Below are positions 25,248-33,312 of a stretch of DNA of 35,707 nucleotides, in pieces. The notes under the pieces are model-generated. The model was not told the origin of the DNA. It did no database searches and saw only the letters and a program-made list of their open reading frames with translations. The position numbers were made by a program, and so were the translations under genes. Source of the DNA: a virus; the IMG/VR virus record IMGVR_UViG_3300045921_000105, positions 1 to 35,707 of that record; one strand, written 5' to 3'. The first letter of the stretch is position 1. Every line of letters begins with the position of its first letter.

Positions 25248-26408
25248 TCAGCAGAACACGGCGACGTTGCAGACATTGGCATCATAGAGGACATCCGTGT
25301 TGTTGTCAGAAATAATGATCCGCACAGACGTTGCCGAATACGTCCCGGCCCAGCCAACAAAGGCGCCGCTCCCGACCGTGACATGCACGCAAAGGTTCGC
25401 CGTCGGCATGGGGGTGCTGAACACAAGCGTGTAATCCCCCACATCGTTCCGGCTTACAGAGGCGATGTTCCCGCTGGACCGTATGAAGGGCGGGTCTACG
25501 GCGGCGAAGTTGGCCCATGCGCGGCAGGCATAGATCGGGGCAGCGCCAGCGGCGTTCAGCTGCGAACGCAACTCTGCGGACAGGTTGTCGGTGTCGATGA
25601 CCCGGGACCACGCTCCAAAGTTGTTGGACGACTGACGACGATACCACATCTCGTTCGAGCCGCCGCGGAAAGCGATCTGCGTCGTGCCGTCCGCGGAACT
25701 CCTGAAAGCGAAGACCCGGTAGAAATTGGCCGCCGGGGCGTTGGTGTGGGGCGCCGCGACGATGTAGGTTCCGGTGTCCAGCGCGGCGTTAGCGTCGGTG
25801 ACGACCGTGGGCGTGTTCCTGACCGGGGCCAGCGCCGTGATGGCCTGCGCCGTCCGCAGCGGGCTCATCGCCTTGTCGGCGACAGTGCCCGCCTCGGCCT
25901 CGGTCTGACTGGCGAAGTTGACGGACAGGGTGCGGTTTGCCGACAGGTCGCCGCCCCCCGTCAGCCCGCCGCCGGTGGCAACCTGCCGGGAGGTGCGAAC
26001 AACGCTGCTGTTCACGGAAACCAAGGGGTTTCCGGCAAGCCCGCCGCCGTTCGTCACGGCGAGGCCGTCCCCGGCCGTGAGGACGCGGGCGGCATAGGTG
26101 TTCGTTCCCGTCCGCACCAGAAGGCCCGTATTTGTCAGCGCGTCGAACGCCGCCAAGCCTGCGGGGAGTGTGTAGCTGTCGAGCGAGGTCACGCCCGCGA
26201 GCAGGTTGATCTCGGCAGCCGTCGCCGTCACCGAAACGCCGTCGATGGCCCATTCCCCTTCTTCGAGGTCGGGCCTCATCTGCGCATCGCCGGAAAGCCG
26301 GTCGTCGATCTCCCGAAGGATGCCGTTGAGAGTGTCGCCCCATGTATCCTCGTCGGCCCCGACCTCGGGGGCGTTGACGTTCAGATAGGGCAGAAGGGGT
26401 CCGGGCAT
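25248..26408 (-). CDS. Tail fibre protein
   Basis: PEVGADEDTWG..LN anchor, ATAAEINLL, GGGLTGGGDLSANRTL repeat, knob-like DANAAL..G.Y, C-terminal RAWANF..NIASV..GDY.L.F. AAGGAGG RBS before ATG 26408. Confidence 0.8.
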   Translation of the reverse strand: MPGPLLPYLNVNAPEVGADEDTWGDTLNGILREIDDRLSGDAQMRPDLEEGEWAIDGVSVTATAAEINLLAGVTSLDSYTLPAGLAAFDALTNTGLLVRTGTNTYAARVLTAGDGLAVTNGGGLAGNPLVSVNSSVVRTSRQVATGGGLTGGGDLSANRTLSVNFASQTEAEAGTVADKAMSPLRTAQAITALAPVRNTPTVVTDANAALDTGTYIVAAPHTNAPAANFYRVFAFRSSADGTTQIAFRGGSNEMWYRRQSSNNFGAWSRVIDTDNLSAELRSQLNAAGAAPIYACRAWANFAAVDPPFIRSSGNIASVSRNDVGDYTLVFSTPMPTANLCVHVTVGSGAFVGWAGTYSATSVRIIISDNNTDVLYDANVCNVAVFC

Positions 26409-26424
26409 GGTGTCCTCCTTGGCG

Positions 26425-27417
26425 TCAGGCGGCCGGTTCGGAGCGGAAGCCCGCGTCGAGTGCGGCGAGGTTGGCGGTCGTCCACGCAAGGCCGGTAGCA
26501 GGACTGGTCGTCACGACCTCGCGCCAGACGTTCGACGGGCCGTTAGCCCCGCCCGGCGTGAGGGGGCTGGCCGACAGGTAATCCGTCCCGCCGATCCGCA
26601 TGAGGCGCGAGGCGCGGGCAGGATGAACCGGCGTCATGCGCGCCACAGGCATGACCGCCTCGACGGTCCCGGCGGGCGCAGCCGTGTGGACGCGGGTTTG
26701 CCGAAGCCCAGTGCTCGACGCCGTGATCCCGGTCGCCGTATCGAAGTCGTTCACACTTCCCGGCGATCCCGTCCACTCGGCGTAGTGCCCGGCGCTGGCC
26801 GGGCGCAGCGTGGCGACCCGCTTGCCGACAGTGCTTTCCGTGGCGAGGATGACCTCCGAGACGTAAATGGGGTTCGAGCCGGAAGCACGTCGCCCGAGGC
26901 CGTTGCGAATACTCGCCGAAACCCATTGTGAAGACGATGCCGCCGCTCGGGACACGGAAGAAACCAGAGCACCATTCACATAGAACTCGGCTGTCATGTT
27001 GGAACCCGACCTGTTGGCCCGAAAATCCATGGAATATGTCGTAGCGGCCGTCGCCCCCCAATACGAACCGGAACTTATGGCGGTGCCGTCCGCTAACGCT
27101 CGATATTGGTAAGAGGAATTGACGTTGTTTTTTTCCACTATCCACCTGTTCACCGTTGAAGCGTTATCCGAGACAGAAAAAATCAAGGCGGAATTGCCGA
27201 AGTCGGCAGACTGCGTAGCGTGCATCCTGCAATGAAGCCAGATGTCGGGAAAACTGGTTTGCGACAGGTCGAGCGAAAAGCCGATAACGTGTTCTCCGAC
27301 CTGCGGCAATTCGACCTGCGCATCGGTATAGGCCGCATCCCGGCCCGTCGAAGCCGTGGAATGATAGGCATCGAGCCCAAGCAAATGGGCGTGGTTTCCG
27401 GCGAAAAGGATCGACAT
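26425..27417 (-). CDS. Beta-rich putative virion/receptor-binding protein (lectin-like)
   Basis: Ser/Thr/Ala-rich, EFYVNGALV, C-terminal TSPATGLAWT..L. AAGAGGGAG RBS. Middle section is AT-richer. Confidence 0.55.
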   Translation of the reverse strand: MSILFAGNHAHLLGLDAYHSTASTGRDAAYTDAQVELPQVGEHVIGFSLDLSQTSFPDIWLHCRMHATQSADFGNSALIFSVSDNASTVNRWIVEKNNVNSSYQYRALADGTAISSGSYWGATAATTYSMDFRANRSGSNMTAEFYVNGALVSSVSRAAASSSQWVSASIRNGLGRRASGSNPIYVSEVILATESTVGKRVATLRPASAGHYAEWTGSPGSVNDFDTATGITASSTGLRQTRVHTAAPAGTVEAVMPVARMTPVHPARASRLMRIGGTDYLSASPLTPGGANGPSNVWREVVTTSPATGLAWTTANLAALDAGFRSEPAA

Positions 27418-27429
27418 GGCGACTCCCTC

Positions 27430-27618
27430 TTAGGGCTCGTAGATAACGTTGATCGCGGCCTCGGTGATGCCCGCACCCGTGATGACGTTGAGCGCAGCCT
27501 CGGTGATGCCCGCACCCGTGATGACGTTCAAGCCCTGCTCGCTCAGGAACAGTTCGTAGTCCGGCGGCGGCCCGTTGTTGGGCCGAACCCAAATCCCTAT
27601 GCGCGCAGGCCATGTCAT
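27430..27618 (-). CDS. Small protein built from a 13-aa repeat
   Basis: (NVITGAGITEAAL/I)x2. ATGA overlap with the upstream gene. Confidence 0.6.
   Translation of the reverse strand: MTWPARIGIWVRPNNGPPPDYELFLSEQGLNVITGAGITEAALNVITGAGITEAAINVIYEP
27446..27528. repeat. 39-bp tandem repeat (2 copies + partial)
   Basis: acgttga(t/g)cgc(g/a)gcctcggtgatgcccgcacccgtgatg at 27446 and 27485. Confidence 0.9.
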
Positions 27619-28265
27619 GCCGAGAGGTCTCCGGCAGCGAAGTAGATTTCAGCGGCGTCGATGCGGACAAGGCTCGCGGCGGAGTGCTGCGCGCGAAGGC
27701 CGAGGCCGGACGCCGAGTTCAGGGTGACGCCGATCCCCGGCGCAAGCGTGACCGCGCCCGTGCCCTGCCTGTAGACGCTGACCGTGCCGGGCGGCAGGCT
27801 GGGCGCAACCGTCACCGTGGTCGCGCTGGCCGACGTGCAAACGATCACGGTATCGCCCGCCATGTCGGCAGCGACCAGCGTGTAGGCCGTTCCCGGCACC
27901 GTGACAACCCTCGGGCTGCGCGCCACATAGGTGTTCTCGATGTTGGTCACGCGCGTGTCCAGCACCGTGATGTCGCCCTCGGCCGTCGTCAGGCGGGCGT
28001 CCAGCACCGTGATGTCGGCCTCGGCAGCCGAAACCGCCGTTTCGGTCGCCGTCATGCGGGTCAGCAAGTCCGCCACGTCGTTCTCTAGCTGCCCTACCCG
28101 CGCCAAGACCAGCGCGAGGTCGGCGTTGTCCCCCGCGTCGGCGAGCAGGTTGATCTGCGCAATGGCTGCGATGAGGCGCGCGAACGCCTCGTTCAGGCGC
28201 GACCGGACAGACAGCCCGCTATCTCCGGGCAGAATGGGCGGGATCGGGGCCTGATTAAGGGGCAT
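27615..28265 (-). CDS. Short coiled-coil fibre protein
   Basis: GDSG..VR..LN..F anchor, heptad repeats including a 14-aa (42-bp) duplication at 27957/27999, C-terminal YTLVAAD...Q.GTGAVT...GDL head. Confidence 0.7.
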   Translation of the reverse strand: MPLNQAPIPPILPGDSGLSVRSRLNEAFARLIAAIAQINLLADAGDNADLALVLARVGQLENDVADLLTRMTATETAVSAAEADITVLDARLTTAEGDITVLDTRVTNIENTYVARSPRVVTVPGTAYTLVAADMAGDTVIVCTSASATTVTVAPSLPPGTVSVYRQGTGAVTLAPGIGVTLNSASGLGLRAQHSAASLVRIDAAEIYFAAGDLSA

Positions 28266-28464
28266 CGAAAGCGCACTCCAAGATGTCGTCCTCGAACGTG
28301 CCGGTCGCTACGATCTCATACTCGGTGCGAACGAAGCCCTCCCCGTCCAGCCACGTCGCGGCGTCGAACCATGCGTTGAAGTCCGCCCAAAAGCCGTCCG
28401 GGTCGAGAATGAACTCCAACCAGCACGTCGTGTCCTGCTGGACCCCGTTTCCGTAGGTGCTCAT
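28255..28464 (-). CDS. Small acidic, Trp-rich tail-module protein
   Basis: GAGGCGG RBS, ATGA overlap. FWADFNAWFDAATWLD. Confidence 0.6.
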   Translation of the reverse strand: MSTYGNGVQQDTTCWLEFILDPDGFWADFNAWFDAATWLDGEGFVRTEYEIVATGTFEDDILECAFDAP

Positions 28465-29090
28465 ACCCGCCTCGTGTGCGCGCGTCCATACTGAACCCGG
28501 AGGTTGCCAGCCCCGGCAGTCCCCAGCATGCGATCCGACATGGCCGACAGCGCCTGCATACCCGTCTCGTAGAAACTTTTCCAGACGGCGATACGCTCGT
28601 CCTCGACGAGGAACGGCGCGGCGTGCAGCAGTGCCCCGTAGAGGTAGAGGTCGTAGTGATCATTCAGCAGCCAGCTTGTGGGCGTGTCGTCGCTCAGCGC
28701 CGGAAGGCGCGCATAATACAGGATTTCGGCCTCGTAGGTGCTTGAGGTCGTCGGCTCCGGCCAGAGGTCGATCTGTGTGCCAGCAACGCGGAAGTGCGTC
28801 GGCCTGCCGTAGAAGGGGCGATGAAACCGAACCGTGTCGTTCAGGGCGTCCCCCGCGGGCTGGACCAGATGGCCGTCCACGATCAGCGTGCGGATTTCGA
28901 TGAAGTCCTGCGGCAGTTCCTCGAAACGCTCGTCCAAGACAGCCCGAGACCGGCGCTCCATTCGCGGATCGCGCAAGCGCCGGTTCATGTCTGCCTCGAC
29001 CAGACGGATCAGGGTCGGGCCGACAGCAGCCATGTCCTGCCGGTTCAGAAAACCGTTGATGTCGTCCAGAAGGGTGCTGTAGGTTGCCAT
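28461..29090 (-). CDS. Head-tail adaptor (tail tubular protein A-like)
   Basis: TYS.L...I..FLNR.D, I.L.EA..NR.LR..ME, LP.DF.E, WP.P, YYA.LPALS..TSWLL...DLYLYGAL. Confidence 0.8.
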   Translation of the reverse strand: MATYSTLLDDINGFLNRQDMAAVGPTLIRLVEADMNRRLRDPRMERRSRAVLDERFEELPQDFIEIRTLIVDGHLVQPAGDALNDTVRFHRPFYGRPTHFRVAGTQIDLWPEPTTSSTYEAEILYYARLPALSDDTPTSWLLNDHYDLYLYGALLHAAPFLVEDERIAVWKSFYETGMQALSAMSDRMLGTAGAGNLRVQYGRAHTRRV

Positions 29091-29145
29091 GGCGCGGACA
29101 CTATCATGCCCGCTCCCTCTTGCACAAGACCGCGGCCCCGGCGCA

Positions 29146-29733
29146 TCAGCGGCGCAGCAGGTAGTCCGCCCAATCGAACGGCTTCGGAAACCACCGGCTT
29201 TGCGGGTCGCCGTGGACCACCTCGGGCACAACCGGGTGCCCGGTGGTCGCAATGGACCGCCGCGGGTTGTAGAGGCCGTAGTAGCCTTCATCCATGATCC
29301 GCGCCATGGCCTCGTTTACCGCCCGACGCCACATGTAGGTGTCCGACATGCGCATGCCGTTCTGCGGCTCGTTGTGAGCGGCCAGATAGTCGAAAATCTC
29401 ATTAACCCGCCGATCAAAGCTGCCGTCGGTCACGTCATAGAACCTGTCCCGAGGCAGCAGTATCTCGTGGCGGTTCCAGCCGACACCGTTCTCCGGGACG
29501 TATCCGCCCGGCTTGCCGACGTTCACACCCCAATACGTCTGCGGAGGGTAGTTCCCGACGGCAATCAGCCCCTGTTCGTCCCCGCGCGCCCCGCGGCGGC
29601 TTTCCATGGCCTTCTCCGGGTCGATGACGGCGTGCCGATCCACGCTGAAATGCGTCAGCGGGAGCATGTCGCCCAAGGCGTCCATCAGCCCCTCCGCCCG
29701 CAGCATGCGCAGGAGTTCGCGCCGCCCGCTCAT
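29146..29733 (-). CDS. Hypothetical protein, possible ADP-ribosyltransferase-like fold
   Basis: LTHFS...IDP, TYWG, FYD, GYYG spaced like the (Y)HG(T)/YF/GYDG elements of His-Tyr-type ARTs. ATGA overlap. Fold call is by eye. Confidence 0.4.
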   Translation of the reverse strand: MSGRRELLRMLRAEGLMDALGDMLPLTHFSVDRHAVIDPEKAMESRRGARGDEQGLIAVGNYPPQTYWGVNVGKPGGYVPENGVGWNRHEILLPRDRFYDVTDGSFDRRVNEIFDYLAAHNEPQNGMRMSDTYMWRRAVNEAMARIMDEGYYGLYNPRRSIATTGHPVVPEVVHGDPQSRWFPKPFDWADYLLRR

Positions 29734-31115
29734 CGCCGCCAGCTTCGGATGATCTCGTCCAGCAGGCGCATCCGCACCGGGTCCGGCATGCCCGTGGGGT
29801 CCAGAACCCAATCAGGCAGCAGGTTGACCTTCTGATCCGCGAACACCGTGTCCGCGCCCAGCGCCGTGCGGTTCCGGGCCGCATATGGCCCGGAGTTCAG
29901 CCACGAGTTCTGCCCGCGCGTCTCGCTCGTCATGGCGCCCCGAGCCTCGGGGCCATACATGCGGGAGTGCTCGATCCACGCGCGCTCCTCGCCCTTCTGC
30001 CGGAAGAAGGGGTTCCCGGGGCCAAAGTGCCCGAACACGTCGTGGACCACCCGGAAGGCGTCGTTGGCCGTCGCGTCCGGCAGATCGCCCACACGCCCAA
30101 CCCTGCGAAGCAGCGGATTGGCCGACGGGTCGAACGCCGCGTCGCTGCCGAAGCCGGTTTCTGTCGGGAATACCCACAACCGGCCATTCTCGATCATGTC
30201 GCGGTAGCCCATGGCCGGGGACCGCGCATAGGGGTCCGGCATCCCGGGCGGGATGAACCGGAAGTCGATACCAAGGTCGCGCAGCGCGCGATACTGGTCC
30301 ATGGTCTCGTCGATCATGGCATCGTAGGACTGGCGAACACGCGGGTCAGAGGGTGCGTTCTTCATCAGGTCGAACTCGGCGGCGATCAACTCCGCGCGCC
30401 GCGGGTCGAACTCCGGGTAGACCTCCAAGGGGGCGTCCGGCATCCCTCGTCGGCGCATGTAGTCCAGCGCGGTGCGCTCGATGGGCGCGACAGGGCGCAC
30501 GTCGATCACGTCGCGCTCCGGCCCCTCGGCGCGCGGGATCGCCGCGGTCGCCGGGCGGCCTTGCGGGCCGGACCCCCGCCCCGTGGTCGTCAGCCTGTCG
30601 CCGATTGCATAGGCATCCGACAAGGCGGCATCGGGCAGCCTGCGGGCCGCCTTGAGGGAGGCTCCGAACCCGAGAGCCGTCAGAAGCCCGAGCCCGGCGT
30701 CCAGCGCCGCGTCGCCGTAGTCCCCTTTTCGGGCGCTCTCGACAGCATCGCCGAGCATGAGCGGAAAGTCGAGGCCGAACGCCCCGAGAAGGCCCATCTG
30801 GCCCGTGATGTCGTCGAACATGCTCAAGCGCGGGTTTGAATACCCGCGCCCCATCACCTTCTCGGTCTGCCGGACGGCCTCGCGCGGGTCCATGCCCGTC
30901 AGTTCGGCCAGATTGTCCGCGACCCAATTCCGCGCCCGCTGCGAGAACGGCGGCGTGTAGGGCTGGATCGTCCCCTGCCGGTAATCCCTGTCGCGCTGTC
31001 GCATTTCAAAGAACGCGCTCAAGGCGCGTTCCTGCTCGCGCTCCTGAAACCTGCGTTCCGCCTCGGCCAAGGCAAGGCGTTCGGCCGCACTCAGCCGGTT
31101 CGCCCGATCATTCAT
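29730..31115 (-). CDS. Putative ejected effector: pre-toxin-like hydrophobic hairpin + C-terminal HDxxGH metal-binding domain
   Basis: GDYGDAALDAGLGLLTALGFG..K, then NDAFRVVHDVFGH...GEERAW.EH...SETRGQNSW. ATGA overlaps. Confidence 0.45.
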   Translation of the reverse strand: MNDRANRLSAAERLALAEAERRFQEREQERALSAFFEMRQRDRDYRQGTIQPYTPPFSQRARNWVADNLAELTGMDPREAVRQTEKVMGRGYSNPRLSMFDDITGQMGLLGAFGLDFPLMLGDAVESARKGDYGDAALDAGLGLLTALGFGASLKAARRLPDAALSDAYAIGDRLTTTGRGSGPQGRPATAAIPRAEGPERDVIDVRPVAPIERTALDYMRRRGMPDAPLEVYPEFDPRRAELIAAEFDLMKNAPSDPRVRQSYDAMIDETMDQYRALRDLGIDFRFIPPGMPDPYARSPAMGYRDMIENGRLWVFPTETGFGSDAAFDPSANPLLRRVGRVGDLPDATANDAFRVVHDVFGHFGPGNPFFRQKGEERAWIEHSRMYGPEARGAMTSETRGQNSWLNSGPYAARNRTALGADTVFADQKVNLLPDWVLDPTGMPDPVRMRLLDEIIRSWRR

Positions 31116-33010
31116 CGCGGCCCCCGCTGCTCCGCCGCGTCCAGCAGCCCGAGAGGCGCGGCACCAACCAGCGCCCACAGCGGGATGCCGCGACGCTCCG
31201 CCTCCTCCCGCAGCCGGGGCGTGATCCTGAACGCCGGAACCGTCACATCGCCGTCGCTCTCGGTGACGATGTTGGCTGTGGTCCGTTTCGCCGCTTCGGG
31301 GTCATACCGCTTGAGCAGTTCGGCCAGCCTCCGCGGCACGATCTCTCCATAGAACGTCTCGTGGCCCGAAACCTTGCCGCCGGTGTGGCGCCTGACCAGC
31401 GAAGGCGTCGGGACGGTCATGTAGTCGGCGCCGCTGTCGAGCGCGCGGCCCAGTTCGCGCCGGAGGAGCATGTCAACCCACTTGTCCGTCGTGTGGACGC
31501 CCGGCCCCGCAGGCTCCCTGTCCCGCAACGGCCCGTCCAGCGCGTCGAGAAGCCCACGAAGTTCGTCCAGCGACTTAACGCCAGATCGCGACATGGCATA
31601 GGCCGCCAGATCGTCCGCGACCGCGCGGACAGGGTTTTGCAGCCCCGGCAGTTCCGGCTGCCGCGGGTCGGAAACATTCCGCGCGAGGGCGTTCAGAACA
31701 CTGCGCGGCCGGTCGAAGTCGCCAAACCTGTCGCGCGCCGCGTCCGGGGAGGCCGGGTCGATCCCGCCCACCCTCAGAAACGGCGCCGTGGACGAGGCGC
31801 GGTTGCTGGACGACCCTATCACCCTGTTCACGGCGTCAGCCCGGCGCGGCGTTACAAGGCCGAAGGCTTCGACAACGCCCGCGGCTTCGGGCCTGTAGAA
31901 AGGGCGGCCCTCGCCCGCCACCGCTTCAACCGCCCGCTGCGGAATATCCCCGATCATCTCCGCAAGCAGGGTCCGGGCGTCGCTCGCCCGGCTCAGCATG
32001 TCCTCCTCGTCGAGCGTGCGCGCGCCCTTCCTCCGCGCCCGCTGCGCCCAATCCGACTGGATTTCGCCGAGGTGATACGCCTCGCCGCCCTCGCGCGTCG
32101 GGAAACGCGCAGTCCGCGTGTGCCCGATGATGTCTTCCGCGTTCCAGTGCGGGTCATCCGCCGTGCTGAACGGGGTCGGCACGGGCGTCATGTCGCGATC
32201 CAACTGGAAAGTCCGTTCGGTGTAGTCGATGGCGCCTTCGGGGTAGTGCTTGGCATACTGAACCCCCGACGTATCGGCGGCGCCCGCCAGACCAAGTTCG
32301 TCAAGGAGGTCGCCATAACTCAGCATGCTGGCGTCATTCCACAGGCTGTCCTGCGCCTGCGAAACGGGGTCCAGCCAGTCGTCAACGATCCTCGGGATCG
32401 TTTCGTCGGTCACGATGAGCGGGTCGGTCTGCCCTCTGCCGAACTCACGGGAAGGGATTGCAACAGCGTCATCCCCGTATGTCTCTTTCAGAACCGCGAG
32501 GGTGGCGTTCCGGTCATACGCCGCCGGGAGCGGGCCGCCCGGCGCCGCGTCCGCCAGAGCGATCAGGTCGTCGTCGTCCAGATCGGCCAGTCGAACCGCC
32601 CGCCCGCGCACGTCATCCGGCAGAACATCGGTTCGGAAATACTCGATTTCGTCATCCAGACGGGTCTCGACGAACCGCTGCATGAGGTCGCCCCGATCAC
32701 TGGGAGCGTTCCGGAGAATCCCTTGCGCCGTCGCCTCTTCCTCGTCGAGCACGTTTGAACGGTCGCGCAGATACCGGACGATCTCATCCGTATCGACCGC
32801 GCCCTTTCGAGCGGCCATTTCGCGGTCGAGGCCCGTCCATTCCATCTCGTCCGGCTTGGCCCCGGCCTTGAGCATGGCGGCGCGCAGTTGCGACCACGCG
32901 CCGCGCTTCTGCCGCGCGCCGACCTCGGCCGCGGCGCGGGCGCTCGGGCTGAAAAAACGCCCGCCTGCCGACGGAACGCGGGCAGCGCGCAGCAGTTCGT
33001 CCAGAAGCAT
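31112..33010 (-). CDS. Large hypothetical protein resembling phage polyvalent-protein domains (EIQSD motif)
   Basis: FFSPS, G.KPDE.EWTGLD, HW...IIGHTR, LGEIQSDWAQ, FY..IVP..L. GGAGGAGG RBS before ATG 33010. Confidence 0.55.
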   Translation of the reverse strand: MLLDELLRAARVPSAGGRFFSPSARAAAEVGARQKRGAWSQLRAAMLKAGAKPDEMEWTGLDREMAARKGAVDTDEIVRYLRDRSNVLDEEEATAQGILRNAPSDRGDLMQRFVETRLDDEIEYFRTDVLPDDVRGRAVRLADLDDDDLIALADAAPGGPLPAAYDRNATLAVLKETYGDDAVAIPSREFGRGQTDPLIVTDETIPRIVDDWLDPVSQAQDSLWNDASMLSYGDLLDELGLAGAADTSGVQYAKHYPEGAIDYTERTFQLDRDMTPVPTPFSTADDPHWNAEDIIGHTRTARFPTREGGEAYHLGEIQSDWAQRARRKGARTLDEEDMLSRASDARTLLAEMIGDIPQRAVEAVAGEGRPFYRPEAAGVVEAFGLVTPRRADAVNRVIGSSSNRASSTAPFLRVGGIDPASPDAARDRFGDFDRPRSVLNALARNVSDPRQPELPGLQNPVRAVADDLAAYAMSRSGVKSLDELRGLLDALDGPLRDREPAGPGVHTTDKWVDMLLRRELGRALDSGADYMTVPTPSLVRRHTGGKVSGHETFYGEIVPRRLAELLKRYDPEAAKRTTANIVTESDGDVTVPAFRITPRLREEAERRGIPLWALVGAAPLGLLDAAEQRGPR

Positions 33011-33312
33011 CAGCCCTCCTCCCCGGAACAAAGCAGGTCGTGATGCACTGCGCTCAGCGCGCCCAGCATCGCGTAGTGATGCCGCTCATTCAATCCGCAC
33101 GAAACAAAGCCGTGAATACCGCCGGACCCCGCACCCGGCAAACAGTTGTTGCCCTCGGGCGGCAGGATGAGGACCACATGCACCGCCAGCGCCCCGACCG
33201 CCTCGGCGCGTTCCAGCGCGTCCCGCAGCGTCATCAGGACATGCTCGCGCTCGATCCGCGCCGCCTCGTGCTGCGGGTCCGGCTTCGGCCGGTGCAGTTC
33301 GACGACGTTCAG
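33010..33312 (-). CDS. Small hypothetical protein downstream of terL (start uncertain)
   Basis: Open frame fills the terL-33010 gap (NVVELHRPKP...). Start is CTG 33312, ATG 33405 or a later ATG. Confidence 0.5.
   Translation of the reverse strand: MNVVELHRPKPDPQHEAARIEREHVLMTLRDALERAEAVGALAVHVVLILPPEGNNCLPGAGSGGIHGFVSCGLNERHHYAMLGALSAVHHDLLCSGEEG

Noticed and set aside
25248..28265. Diversity-generating retroelement or invertible fibre switch
   Set aside because: No reverse transcriptase, template/variable repeat pair or invertase was seen.
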